Both the position numbers and the translations under genes were made by a program. The notes under the pieces were generated by a model, which saw nothing but the letters and a program-made list of their open reading frames with translations, ran no database searches and was not told where the DNA came from. Below are positions 15,759 to 25,400 of a stretch of 36,095 bases of DNA, piece after piece. The stretch is from a virus. The stretch spans positions 1 to 36,095 of the IMG/VR virus record IMGVR_UViG_3300045988_138052. One strand, 5' to 3'. How positions within the stretch are numbered: the stretch's first letter is position 1; the number at the start of each line of letters is the position of its first letter.

Positions 15759-15822
15759 TAACTAGGATTAGCAACTAGTAATTGGGGCGGCTCAGGTCGC
15801 CCCACCAAAGAAAGGTAAGAAT

Positions 15823-16194
15823 ATGGCAGATAAAACTACACCGAAACCAAAGCCGGCTACAGCAGAAGCTCCAGATAACATTGAGGCGCAAATCGCCGCA
15901 GCAAAGAAAGAAGCTGAGGCTAGTGCTGCCGACATCATTGCACAGGCTAAAGCAGAAGCCGAAAAAATCATTGCTGATGCCAAGGAAGCTAGTGCAGACG
16001 ACGTCGTTGTATCACAGAAAGTTACTAAAAATCAGCTTATTGATGCATACGACAGCGGTATGAGCCATCTTGAGATTGCCAAGAAATTCTACGGTAGTGC
16101 GTCTGAAGAGCATGTCGCGTCTGTAGCAAAGGTTATTAACCCACATTTTGACATCACTGACGGTGACATCCACGAGGACGCACCAGAGGAATAG
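15823..16194 (+). CDS. Hypothetical Ala/Lys/Glu-rich head-associated protein (123 aa).
   Basis: ORF with AAAGG RBS directly after the capsid gene. The competing frame 15782-16063 is low-complexity. Confidence 0.5.
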   Translation: MADKTTPKPKPATAEAPDNIEAQIAAAKKEAEASAADIIAQAKAEAEKIIADAKEASADDVVVSQKVTKNQLIDAYDSGMSHLEIAKKFYGSASEEHVASVAKVINPHFDITDGDIHEDAPEE

Positions 16195-16197
16195 GCG

Positions 16198-16443
16198 ATG
16201 GATGGGACACGAGAGGGTGAATTAAAGCGGCTACACGAGGTGTTTAATGACCCTCTCAAGTCCCTTCATGAGCGCAGATTAGCCCACGACACATTCAACA
16301 AGATATTGCGCCAAGTAAAAGATAAACACCTCACTGAATTACGTCGTAGGCTAATCCGAGCCCATAATGCTGAAGATGTGGATGCCGCCGAAAAAATAAC
16401 CAATGAGATAGATGAGTACTCGCGGTGGATGGGATACAAATAG
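16198..16443 (+). CDS. Hypothetical protein (81 aa).
   Basis: ORF, last gene before the terminator at 16466. Confidence 0.5.
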   Translation: MDGTREGELKRLHEVFNDPLKSLHERRLAHDTFNKILRQVKDKHLTELRRRLIRAHNAEDVDAAEKITNEIDEYSRWMGYK

Positions 16444-16465
16444 CGACTACAGCATAAACATACAG

Positions 16466-16500
16466 ACCATTTCGTTCACGTCAACGAAATGGTTTTTTTA
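16466..16500 (+). terminator. Rho-independent terminator ending the head operon.
   Basis: Perfect 11-bp stem ACCATTTCGTT / AACGAAATGGT, followed by TTTTTTT. Confidence 0.85.
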
Positions 16501-16509
16501 TTTGACTTA

Positions 16510-16518
16510 TGCTATAAT
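16510..16518 (+). promoter_or_regulatory. Extended -10 promoter (TGcTATAAT) starting the moron cassette.
   Basis: TG at 16510-11, TATAAT at 16513-18, immediately after the terminator. Confidence 0.5.
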
Positions 16519-16805
16519 AGCCTTACAATTAAGCACGAAGTGTGACTCTAAAGAGACGAGAGCGCGTTGTGATCCAAACAGATGGAAGCGTGCGTCGCAG
16601 CGTTGTATAAGTAGTAATCCGAGGTTATCGCTAAAGAAATGCGAAACCGCCCAAGCCAGTACGGAGCGAAGGATTAGGCCCCCTGAGCGACCAGACAACA
16701 GACGAGAACTCTTATCCAATTTAATAGTAGTTTCACAATTTGGAGATTTGGGGTTTGTGGTGTATGCTAAAGGTACTTTAGTAATAAATAGGGAGTCTTA
16801 CTAAG

Positions 16806-17279
16806 ATGGGAACAAAACCACAAGTCGTCAAAGGCGTCATCGGCGCCGCTGTTGGTGTTGCCGCGTTGGCTGGCATCGCTGGAGCAATGGGTAACGGTCA
16901 GCAACAACATGCAGCACCGGCACCAGTAGCTCAGCCTGTAACCTATTCAGACTGTAGAACGGAAGAAATACCGTTTGAAACACAGTATGAAGGCGATACG
17001 GGTCAATATGGCTATACAGAAACAGTCAAACAGCAAGGTGTTGTCGGAAGCAAAAAGATTTGCAAACCAAGCAAATCGGGATATGAGGATAAGGTAGAGG
17101 TCATAACTCAGCCAACAACTCATATCGTTGTCCGTACGCCAAAGCCAGCACCACAGCCGGTTCAACAACAAGCAACCCATAGGGTCGGAGCGATCTGTCG
17201 TGATGGTTGGCGGTCATACGCTACCGGAAGAGGGGCTTGCTCGCACCATGGTGGTGTAGGCGAGTGGCTGTATGAGTGA
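16806..17279 (+). CDS. Exported protein with a G5-like middle region and a DUF3761-like C-terminus.
   Basis: N-terminal hydrophobic VIGAAVGVAALAGIAGAMG. The C-terminal GAICRDGWRSYATGRGACSHHGGVGEWL matches the DUF3761 pattern C.DG..S.....G.CS.HGGV..W. Confidence 0.65.
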   Translation: MGTKPQVVKGVIGAAVGVAALAGIAGAMGNGQQQHAAPAPVAQPVTYSDCRTEEIPFETQYEGDTGQYGYTETVKQQGVVGSKKICKPSKSGYEDKVEVITQPTTHIVVRTPKPAPQPVQQQATHRVGAICRDGWRSYATGRGACSHHGGVGEWLYE

Positions 17280-17625
17280 GGGTACGAAAGATAAGGTCAT
17301 CGACTTTCTTGCTGGCGTATTGACGGTAGGAATGGCAATACTTGTAGCGTATGCGTGTAGCTATTACTTTAGCAATTCTAGCAAGACAAAATCAAACCAT
17401 ACCCAACGCAAAAGCAGTAGTTCTTCAGGTATTACCAACCCAAGCAGTAGGTATTACGATCCTATTGATGAAGACGAACCTAGTGAGGATGACGTATACT
17501 ACGAAAATTGCTCTGAAGCTCGTGCAGATGGTGCAGAATCAATACGAGAAGGTGAGCCTGGTTATAGGGAAGAGCTTGACCGAGATGGTGATGGTATAGC
17601 ATGTGAACCATGGCACGGTAGGTGA
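17272..17625 (+). CDS. Membrane-anchored Excalibur calcium-binding domain protein.
   Basis: TM segment FLAGVLTVGMAILVAYA. YENCSEARADGAESIREGEPGYREELDRDGDGIACE matches the Excalibur motif. Confidence 0.7.
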   Translation: MSEGTKDKVIDFLAGVLTVGMAILVAYACSYYFSNSSKTKSNHTQRKSSSSSGITNPSSRYYDPIDEDEPSEDDVYYENCSEARADGAESIREGEPGYREELDRDGDGIACEPWHGR

Positions 17626-17654
17626 TTGACATTTCACCTCTGTTGTGCTACAAT
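17626..17654 (+). promoter_or_regulatory. Near-consensus sigma70 promoter placed for a leaderless CAP-gene transcript.
   Basis: TTGACA (17626-31), 17-nt spacer, TACAAT (17649-54). The ATG at 17661 lies 6 nt after the -10 element, and no Shine-Dalgarno sequence is present. Confidence 0.6.
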
Positions 17655-17660
17655 GTAAGC

Positions 17661-18227
17661 ATGAAAAAGGCTATAGTCATCACCGCCATTGTAGCCCTCG
17701 CAGTAGGCGCTGGTGGTGGTATATGGCTAAAGACTCATCTAGATGATCAGGCGACTGCCAAGGCGGATCAGGAGCAAGTGCAGTCAACGCCAGAACCAAA
17801 GAAGGATAAATACGATGTCGGTCCCGCGGACGCTGGCGAAATCCTGGAATTGGTCAATGCCGAACGCGCGCGGATCGGCGTGGCGCCATTAATACATGAT
17901 GATAACGTGCGTATGAGCGCACAGCTAAAATCTGACGATATGTTAGCTAAGGGATACAAACAGCACAATATACCAGGTACAGATAATTGGTATTCATTAG
18001 AGATGGCTAACCTAATGAGTAAAGCTGGCTGCCGTACGGTTAGTGAAAATTTTTACTGGGCTGGTTTTGAGGCGACAAGTAGAGATGCCTTTAACCAGTG
18101 GATGAATTCAGAACCACACCGCAAAGCGATACAAGACCCAGAGTATACAAAAATTGGGCTTGGCATTAGTCGCAACAGTGACAATAGCAAAACATACGCA
18201 GTTCAGCATTTTTGTATCTCAAGATAA
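17661..18227 (+). CDS. Secreted CAP/SCP (PR-1, YkwD-like) domain protein.
   Basis: Signal/TM segment MKKAIVITAIVALAVGAGGGIW. LELVNAERARIGVAPL...ENFYW...NQWMNSEPHRKAI..PEYTKIGLGIS matches the CAP domain. Confidence 0.7.
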   Translation: MKKAIVITAIVALAVGAGGGIWLKTHLDDQATAKADQEQVQSTPEPKKDKYDVGPADAGEILELVNAERARIGVAPLIHDDNVRMSAQLKSDDMLAKGYKQHNIPGTDNWYSLEMANLMSKAGCRTVSENFYWAGFEATSRDAFNQWMNSEPHRKAIQDPEYTKIGLGISRNSDNSKTYAVQHFCISR

Positions 18228-18251
18228 CAGTTAGCATATAGCGCAAACCCC

Positions 18252-18283
18252 AAATCTCCTTATTAACAAGGAGATTTTTTCTT
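18252..18283 (+). terminator. Rho-independent terminator closing the moron cassette. Its 3' arm contains the RBS of the next gene.
   Basis: 10-bp stem AAATCTCCTT / AAGGAGATTT plus TTTTTCTT. AAGGAG (18268-73) lies 10 nt before the ATG at 18284. Confidence 0.75.
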
Positions 18284-19459
18284 ATGAACGGAAATGCATC
18301 ACTTCGTCAGTATTTGCAGTACCACGCCAACAATAACCCTGGCGGAGTTAGGCGCTCAGAAGCTCAAGCCCTACTAAACAAGGTTGGTGATGATGGTAGA
18401 TTGGACGGCAACTTCTTAATGGGTCAGCGCGGTGGATTCTTAGGACTGGGGACTCGCGAGCAAACATCAAACGGCTATACCGCATCAGCCCTTAATCGAA
18501 ATGTTCTTCCATGGTGGATTAACTCGTATAACAGCTGGAGGAACAGTCAAAACCAGGGCCAAGGCAATACTGGCAATCAGAACCTCAACCTCGGCTACTA
18601 CGGTGGTGGTGGAGGTGGCTACTATGGCGGTGGTAACCGCGCCAGTGCTGCTCAGTTAGCAGAATATGATCAAGGTATTGGTCAGCTTGAGCATGGCTTA
18701 GGTCGTATTGACACTCAATTAGGCGTACGCCTCGGTAATATCAACAACCAGTACAACACCAAGAAAAATGAATTACGCAGTTCATGGAACCGTGCTGAGG
18801 GTCAGTTCAACGACCAGACACGCCAAAATCAGCAGCAACGCCGTACCAACATCAACAACATCAATGACCGCTCTTCTGTCGGATTACGCGGACTACTTCG
18901 TTCGCTTGGCAGTATGGGTGCCGTTGGCTCAGACATGCAACTAGCAGGCCGTGCTGTACAAAATCAAGCTAGCCAACAGCGTTCTGGTGCTGGTCAAACC
19001 TATGCACAGAACCAAAAGCAAATTGACACAACATGGGGTCAGTTTAAGAACGATTACGCGGATGAAGATAAAAAGCTTAACGACTGGAAGGCAAATGAAG
19101 ATAGCGCGGCACGTCAAGCGTCCCAAACTACGCGTCAGAATCTATTGACACAATTAGCTCAGATGAAGAGTCAAAAGGCTGCCGCACAAGGCGCTAACGG
19201 TGCTAATGCCGCACGTGCAGACCTTGGTCGCGCAAATGCTCTATCAGGTGAGATTGATAACCTAGGGCGTCAGCAGTCTACCTACAGTGGTAACAAGGTG
19301 GAATACAAGGCTAAAGATCTAGACAGCTATAAGGTAGGGGGAGACACCTCAGTTGGGGTATCTGATCCAGCTAGCCCTGGAAGTGATCCAACACTGAGTA
19401 TCTACAACACCCGCCTCAATCAAGAGGAAGAGCGTAAACGTCAAAACCAATACCTATAA
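18284..19459 (+). CDS. Q/N/G-rich virion-associated protein (391 aa), function unknown.
   Basis: Low-complexity GYYGGGGGGYYGGGN plus Gln/Asn-rich coiled regions. Lies immediately upstream of the giant virion protein. Confidence 0.6.
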   Translation: MNGNASLRQYLQYHANNNPGGVRRSEAQALLNKVGDDGRLDGNFLMGQRGGFLGLGTREQTSNGYTASALNRNVLPWWINSYNSWRNSQNQGQGNTGNQNLNLGYYGGGGGGYYGGGNRASAAQLAEYDQGIGQLEHGLGRIDTQLGVRLGNINNQYNTKKNELRSSWNRAEGQFNDQTRQNQQQRRTNINNINDRSSVGLRGLLRSLGSMGAVGSDMQLAGRAVQNQASQQRSGAGQTYAQNQKQIDTTWGQFKNDYADEDKKLNDWKANEDSAARQASQTTRQNLLTQLAQMKSQKAAAQGANGANAARADLGRANALSGEIDNLGRQQSTYSGNKVEYKAKDLDSYKVGGDTSVGVSDPASPGSDPTLSIYNTRLNQEEERKRQNQYL

Positions 19460-19481
19460 ATATCGAGGAGGGGATTAGGAT

Positions 19482-22400
19482 ATGGACTTTTTTCAGAGAT
19501 TAGGTAACTTTTTTGGAGGAAAAGGTTGGGTTAATGATGAGGAGAAACGGCGTAAAGAGCAACAGGCTCAGCCACAACCAATACGGCAGCCGCAACCTCA
19601 ACAGGTCCAACAGCCTCAGTTAAATGGACAGTCGACATTACAAGTACGACCAAATATACCGTGGGCCAATCAAAATAGTGGGCTCAACCAGTCTCAACCA
19701 AAAGTCAATCTTAATCCCCTTGAACAAGCCAATCAGGCAAATCAACAATTAAATCAAAACAACCAACCAAAGCCGCAAGTTACAACAAATGACGCTCCTA
19801 AAATGCTTACCCCAGAAGGTCAACAAGACTGGGTTAATAAACAAAACCAGCAGATTCAGATACAGAACGCAGTCAAGCAGCCAATCCAGCAGCAGCCTCA
19901 GCCTATTCAACAGCCAAAACCGCAACCAGTACAACCTCAACAGGTCCAACAACCAAAGCCTGAACTACAATCAACAGTAGCCAGTCCATATCGTAGTTCA
20001 GTGCTTAACTCTCAAGGGGATAGTATAGCCCGTGCTTTAGACGCAGTAAATAAGAATATTGCTCAATATAAGACAGAGCAAGCGACTCGTAATGACGCCA
20101 TTGATAATAAATTGCGTGCCCGCGGTGTTTCTGAGCCTGAAATCCTTAATAAACGTCAAGAGCGTATTCGTTTAGAGAATGAGGCGCATGTTGCTGCAAA
20201 TGAAGCTCGCCAGTCACAAAACATGGCAAACATGCTAAAGCCTGTAGCTGCAATAGCTCAGCCGATCGATAGCGCAAGGCGTGCTGTAGTTAAAGGAATG
20301 GATAACGTCAATAAATGGATTGATTCATATGATGATAAGGCGGGATTTCAAGTCGATAGCCCAGGTGATTATGTAAGGTTTGCGGGTAAATTAGTGCCTG
20401 GAATGATTCAGGGAGCTGCGGAAGGGCCGGAAAAGCTTGCGTCCGCTGTTGTTGGTAAGCGCATGACGGAGGATGGTAGAGTAGAAAACCTCAATGGCAT
20501 GCAGCGGCTTGGTAGTGCTGCTGATGGTGCCATTGACCTATTTGGTGTACCATTCGGTGCATCAGGCCAGCTAGTTAAGTCCGCATTGAAGCAAGGCGGT
20601 AAAGAAGTCGCCAAAGAGGCAGTAGATCAAGCTGTACGTAAGAGAATATTAGGCGCAGCGAAGAACATTGCCACCGGTGCTATTAAAGAGGGTGCTGAAG
20701 AAACAGTTCAATCTCTTGCTGGCGACCTAGCAGATGATGGCAAAATTAATACTGACTGGAAGCAGCACGCACAGGCTGGTGCTCTAGGTGCACTGGGCGG
20801 TGCTATGATGGGTGCTGGTGGTAAAGCAATCAGCACATTACGAAACCGATCAGCAAGCGTCCAACCCAATCAATCTTTAGAAGTACCAAGTACTACTATA
20901 GGTAAAGTACAAGCAGTGGAGCAGGTCCAGCCAACAGCGACCAACACTACACAGCCTGCTGGTTACTCAACCTTCTACCGTAGGCCAGTAAACACAGCAT
21001 CGCTACGCCAAGCAGCAGAGGTTAACACAGTCAATACACGAAATAATCAGGCTCACCCAATCCAGTCAATCAACGTTAATCAGACAGTAGAGACTGCCAT
21101 ACCAAACGCCAGTCCTGCTCTCAAGCAGGCTGTTAGTCAGAATATGTCAGACATTCAACGCGGTGATGTCAAAGCCGTAGCATCCCGTCAGCAGACCACT
21201 GGCAAACTAGAAAGCTATCTTGTCGAGCAGGCTACCCAGGGTGTACAAAACCGAGTTGCACAGGATGTGAGGTATAAGATGATACAGAATGGGACAAATC
21301 TATATCACGGCTCACCGCATAAATTTAATAAATTCTCTACTGATAATATTGGCTCTGGTGAGGGCAACCAGTCCTTTGGGTGGGGTCTATATTTTACTGA
21401 TAATAAAGGTATTGGCGAGCACTATGCAGATATTGGCAACAACAATAATCGTGCGCGTATAAAAAATGACTTAATCTCTGGGGAATTCAGGGATAGTCTG
21501 TATGTAAATAAAGACACTATGTCCGATGAGCTTCAGCGTTTCTTATCTAAAAACGGGTACAATATTACAGCCAATATGAACCCAGATGAATTAGCCCAAC
21601 AGGTTGATTCATTGCGACAGCAGAGTCAGTATTATGGCAAAAAGGCAGACGAGATGGCCGGAACTGGTTTCGATAGTGATTTTATAGCAGCATCCGAAAA
21701 GTACAACAATCTTGCTAGCGAACTAGAACAGATTGTGCGCAATAGCTCAGAAAAGAGACGTCTTGCCGAGGAAGAGATCAATCAAAGAGTTAATGATGTT
21801 GGTAATAGCAGAAACTTGTATAACGTGGATCTTGCTAGTAGTGATGGTCGTGACTTTGATTTCTTAAGTTGGTATGACACTGTTGATCCTGAGCAAAAAC
21901 ATAAGATAAAACAACAAGCTCTTGCTGAGAACTTAACCGACAAATGGGGAACTAGCGTAAGAGATACCGAGAGTTACCCTAATTCAATCCCATTCGACAC
22001 TGATGAGTCTGGTGCGTCCATATATCACAAATTACAAAGTGAGTGGGGTATGACACCAAAAGAAACCTCTATGTTCTTAAGCCGTGCCGGTATCGACGGA
22101 ATTATTTATCCGGCAGATTCTCTATTTAATGCTAATAATCGAGACCTTGGTAGGGCAGAGAGTACCAACTATGTGGTGTTTGATGAGAATAACGTAAAAG
22201 TACGAGATTACGTAAGGTATAAGCGTCAGGCAGATGCTCAAATGCAGGAGCTAACTAGCCAAAGTAGCCTCCTAGCACGCCACCTACAACTAACAGGTGA
22301 TGAGCGCCTTGTATTCAATGAGTGGCAAAATGAAATGCAAAGAAAAGCACTCGGCTATTACGATCCAAATACCGACAAAATAAACCTGAACAAGCTGTCT

Positions 22401-25400
22401 GAAGACACTCTAAACCATGAATTGGGACACAAGCTCTTGGAGCGTGCAGACAATAAGCAGGAGCTTCTAGACACTATCCGCGAGTCTTATGGTGATGACT
22501 ATCTCATTAGTAAGTACAGCAAAGAATATGGGGATGGTGACATTAACCTGCTAGCCGAGGAACAACTAGCTGACGGATTCAGTGATTACTATAACGGAAT
22601 ACTGAACGGTGAAAATAAAGTACGTCTAGGTGCTAGATTAGGTGTTCCTCAGAAGGTCCTAGCAGTATATGACCGGATTACTGAAGCTATTATGGGACTT
22701 GTCGGCAAGCAAGACGCTATTAAGCAATTCTATGCTCAAATGGAGACCGGGAAATTTAAGAACGCCAAACAGCAAACACCTGGCGGCGATGGACGGGTGA
22801 GGACGATGAGTATTGATCCTGAAAGAGCACTCCATGCAATTAAAGGTATTGATGACCTAGCAAATAGTCGCCGTGCACTATTCACACTAGTACGTGTATC
22901 TGATAACTTGGCAAACAGGATAAAAACAGAGACTGGCATATCAATAAGTAAGGATGCACGTATCGTCATGGATAGGAGCGGCGCTGTTCATATGCTATCT
23001 ACTCATGGGCAAGGCGGTAAAAAACCAGCCAATCCGTTGACCGACGCTGACTTGGGCAGGCTGCCATACGTTTTGGAAGATCCAGATGTGATTATTAAAG
23101 GTAAACCAGTACGAAACACGGAGCGCATTCGTATGGAGCGTAACCTTGAAGGTAATAAAATTGCTATTGTCGAAGTAATTAAAAAAGGCAACGAACTACG
23201 AGTCGTCACCTACTTTAATGATTCGTCATCTGGCCGCACCAATCCTGCATATAATATGTCGAGGCTTGATGATACGTCCGAAACGGGGCAATTACAGTCC
23301 ACGAATCTTAACGATAGTGTAGCAAACAACACCCAAAATGTCAATACAAATAATCGTTACCAGCACCCTCTTCAAGAAACTATTAATGACATCCAAGATA
23401 ATCCAAAGCCAAAGATGACCAAGGAGTTGCGTCAAGCTATTGATGCACGAATAGCAGAGACCAACCCAGAGTTGTTTGCGGATCAAGAAACTAATATCAT
23501 GGGTGGTGACACAAATTGGAATATACCACGCATCCATGTTGATGATCTAAAACACTACCTAGGAAACCTAATAGAAGACATACCAGTTGCCTACAGGCGT
23601 CGTACAGGCAAGCGTGATATTGACACTATTGCTCAGGAAATGGGCTATGACGAGATCGATGGCTTTGTTCAAGAGCTACAGCGTGCTGCCGAATCACGCC
23701 GTCGAGTACGTGAAAATAAGCAAATGCTTGCCGAATTACGAAAAGATCCAGAAACTATTGCTTTAGCCCAGCAGGATGTTGAACAGGCAACACAGGAGCG
23801 TGTTCGTGTAGCTAAAGAGACAAAAGAAAATGCATGGAATGAGCTCAAGGATATCATAGAATATCGCAAAGCGGCTATGATGGATGGCAACAATCAAGAT
23901 GTAGCAGACGCAAATCGGGAAATCACTAGGATTGCCCGCCAGGCAGGACTTAAGCGGCAAGAGCTACAGCAATTTATTAGAAAGCACAGCGCTAATGTGA
24001 TACCTAATACGAATACCGCGCCTCAATCAGCAGAATCTGGTGCATTCACTAATGTGCCGATGGAAGACGGACATCTGTTGACCAAAGGTAATTTATATGA
24101 ACAGACCAAGTCTGGAATACTAGATAATTGGACGAAACCGTTTAGGGACGGAGATTATGAATACCGCGTTCATACAAAACGTGGTCGTGGCGGTAAAAAG
24201 AGCTTTACTAACTTTGAGCGGCGTTATGTTGGGGATAATGGAGAACCTGGTGACTGGACACCGACCTCACGAGCGGCTTATATCTGGAAGAGTCAGACAA
24301 ACAGTATTAATAAGGTAGGCAGAAACGAGGCAATCCTGAAAGCCCTAGAAGCAGCTAAACAGGATGGCGAGGTCCAGGAATTCATGGCTTACAAAAACCC
24401 CGATAGTGCTGGTGGAGTCGCTGTCGTTCCTTTAGTAGGTGAACATTCAATCGATGGTGGTTTTGTGCGTAACCCAAGGACTGGTGAAATTGAAGGTAAC
24501 TACATCCAGGTAACACCATTTGGAGTGGTTCATCAAGTTAATGGCAAATTTGATGTGGTAGAGGCTGATCATCTGACAAACTCATTAGATAAAAGTAAGG
24601 GCGGTATCACGGATACCTTTAACCGCCTTGTTGAGAAGAATATTCAGGATAAGGTGGGCCAAAAACTGCTTAAAGACCTTTACTACCAAAAAACTGAAGC
24701 ATACGCTAACTATGCTGATGAAATCGAGAACCTGCTAGGTAAACATGCTGCACTAGCTAAGCATATCGATAAAGCACGTCCGCGCTTTGCAAAGAGCAAA
24801 AAGTTCTGGGAAGATGTTGGTTTGTATACTGAGGGTAAGTTCCCTGTAGGTAGTGCTGATGAAAATATGAACGCTGCATTTGCAAAGAAGTATGGTAGCC
24901 GAGCAGCTGAGCGCGTCAAAGAGTATAACACATTCATGCGTAATAATTATGACGCCTTAATTTCAAACCTCAACTCGATTAGGCGTATGTATGGCAAGGA
25001 AGAAATCCCATACCTCAAGAACTACATGCCACATATTCAAAAGCGAAGCAATATCTTAGGCAGAGCCGTGGATAAGCTGTTGGCTGCCGTTCCAACAGGC
25101 GTGAGAGGGGATATGGAAGGTCAAGCCCGTGGTGAAATACCAGCCTCAATTGCTGGTTTATCTGCAGATTTTAAACCAACTCATAAGTTCAATGCTAATG
25201 AGAAGCGTCGATTTGGCGGTATGGTGAGCTATGAAAAAGATCCGCGTAAGGCTTTTGAATATTATGCAGATGTTATGCTATATAACACTCATATGGAACC
25301 GGTCATTGCTCGCGGTAGGCAAATAGAGTCATCTATGCGTGCAATCGATATGGCTAAAAAGAGCGGTACTAACATCGACCCAGACAGTAATCTAGCTAAA

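Noticed and set aside
15782-16063. A 93-aa ORF overlapping 15823-16194 in another frame.
   Set aside because: It has extremely basic, low-complexity (Arg/Lys/Gln/Leu) composition and begins inside the GC hairpin that follows the capsid gene. The 15823 frame has an RBS and more protein-like composition.
16610-16700. A possible c-di-AMP (ydaO-type) riboswitch. The minus-strand reading contains TAACCTCG and GGGGGCC..AATCC, which are reminiscent of the ydaO consensus.
   Set aside because: The similarity is limited to two short strings recalled from memory. The orientation is antisense to all genes, with nothing downstream to regulate. The pseudo-two-fold ydaO architecture could not be reconstructed. 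It would need cmscan before being claimed.
16412-16804. A 130-aa + ORF covering the intergenic leader of the moron cassette.
   Set aside because: It would run straight through an 11-bp-stem terminator with a T7 run and then an extended -10 promoter. Its composition is Arg/Ser-rich and it has no RBS. The region is better explained as a terminator, promoter and structured leader.
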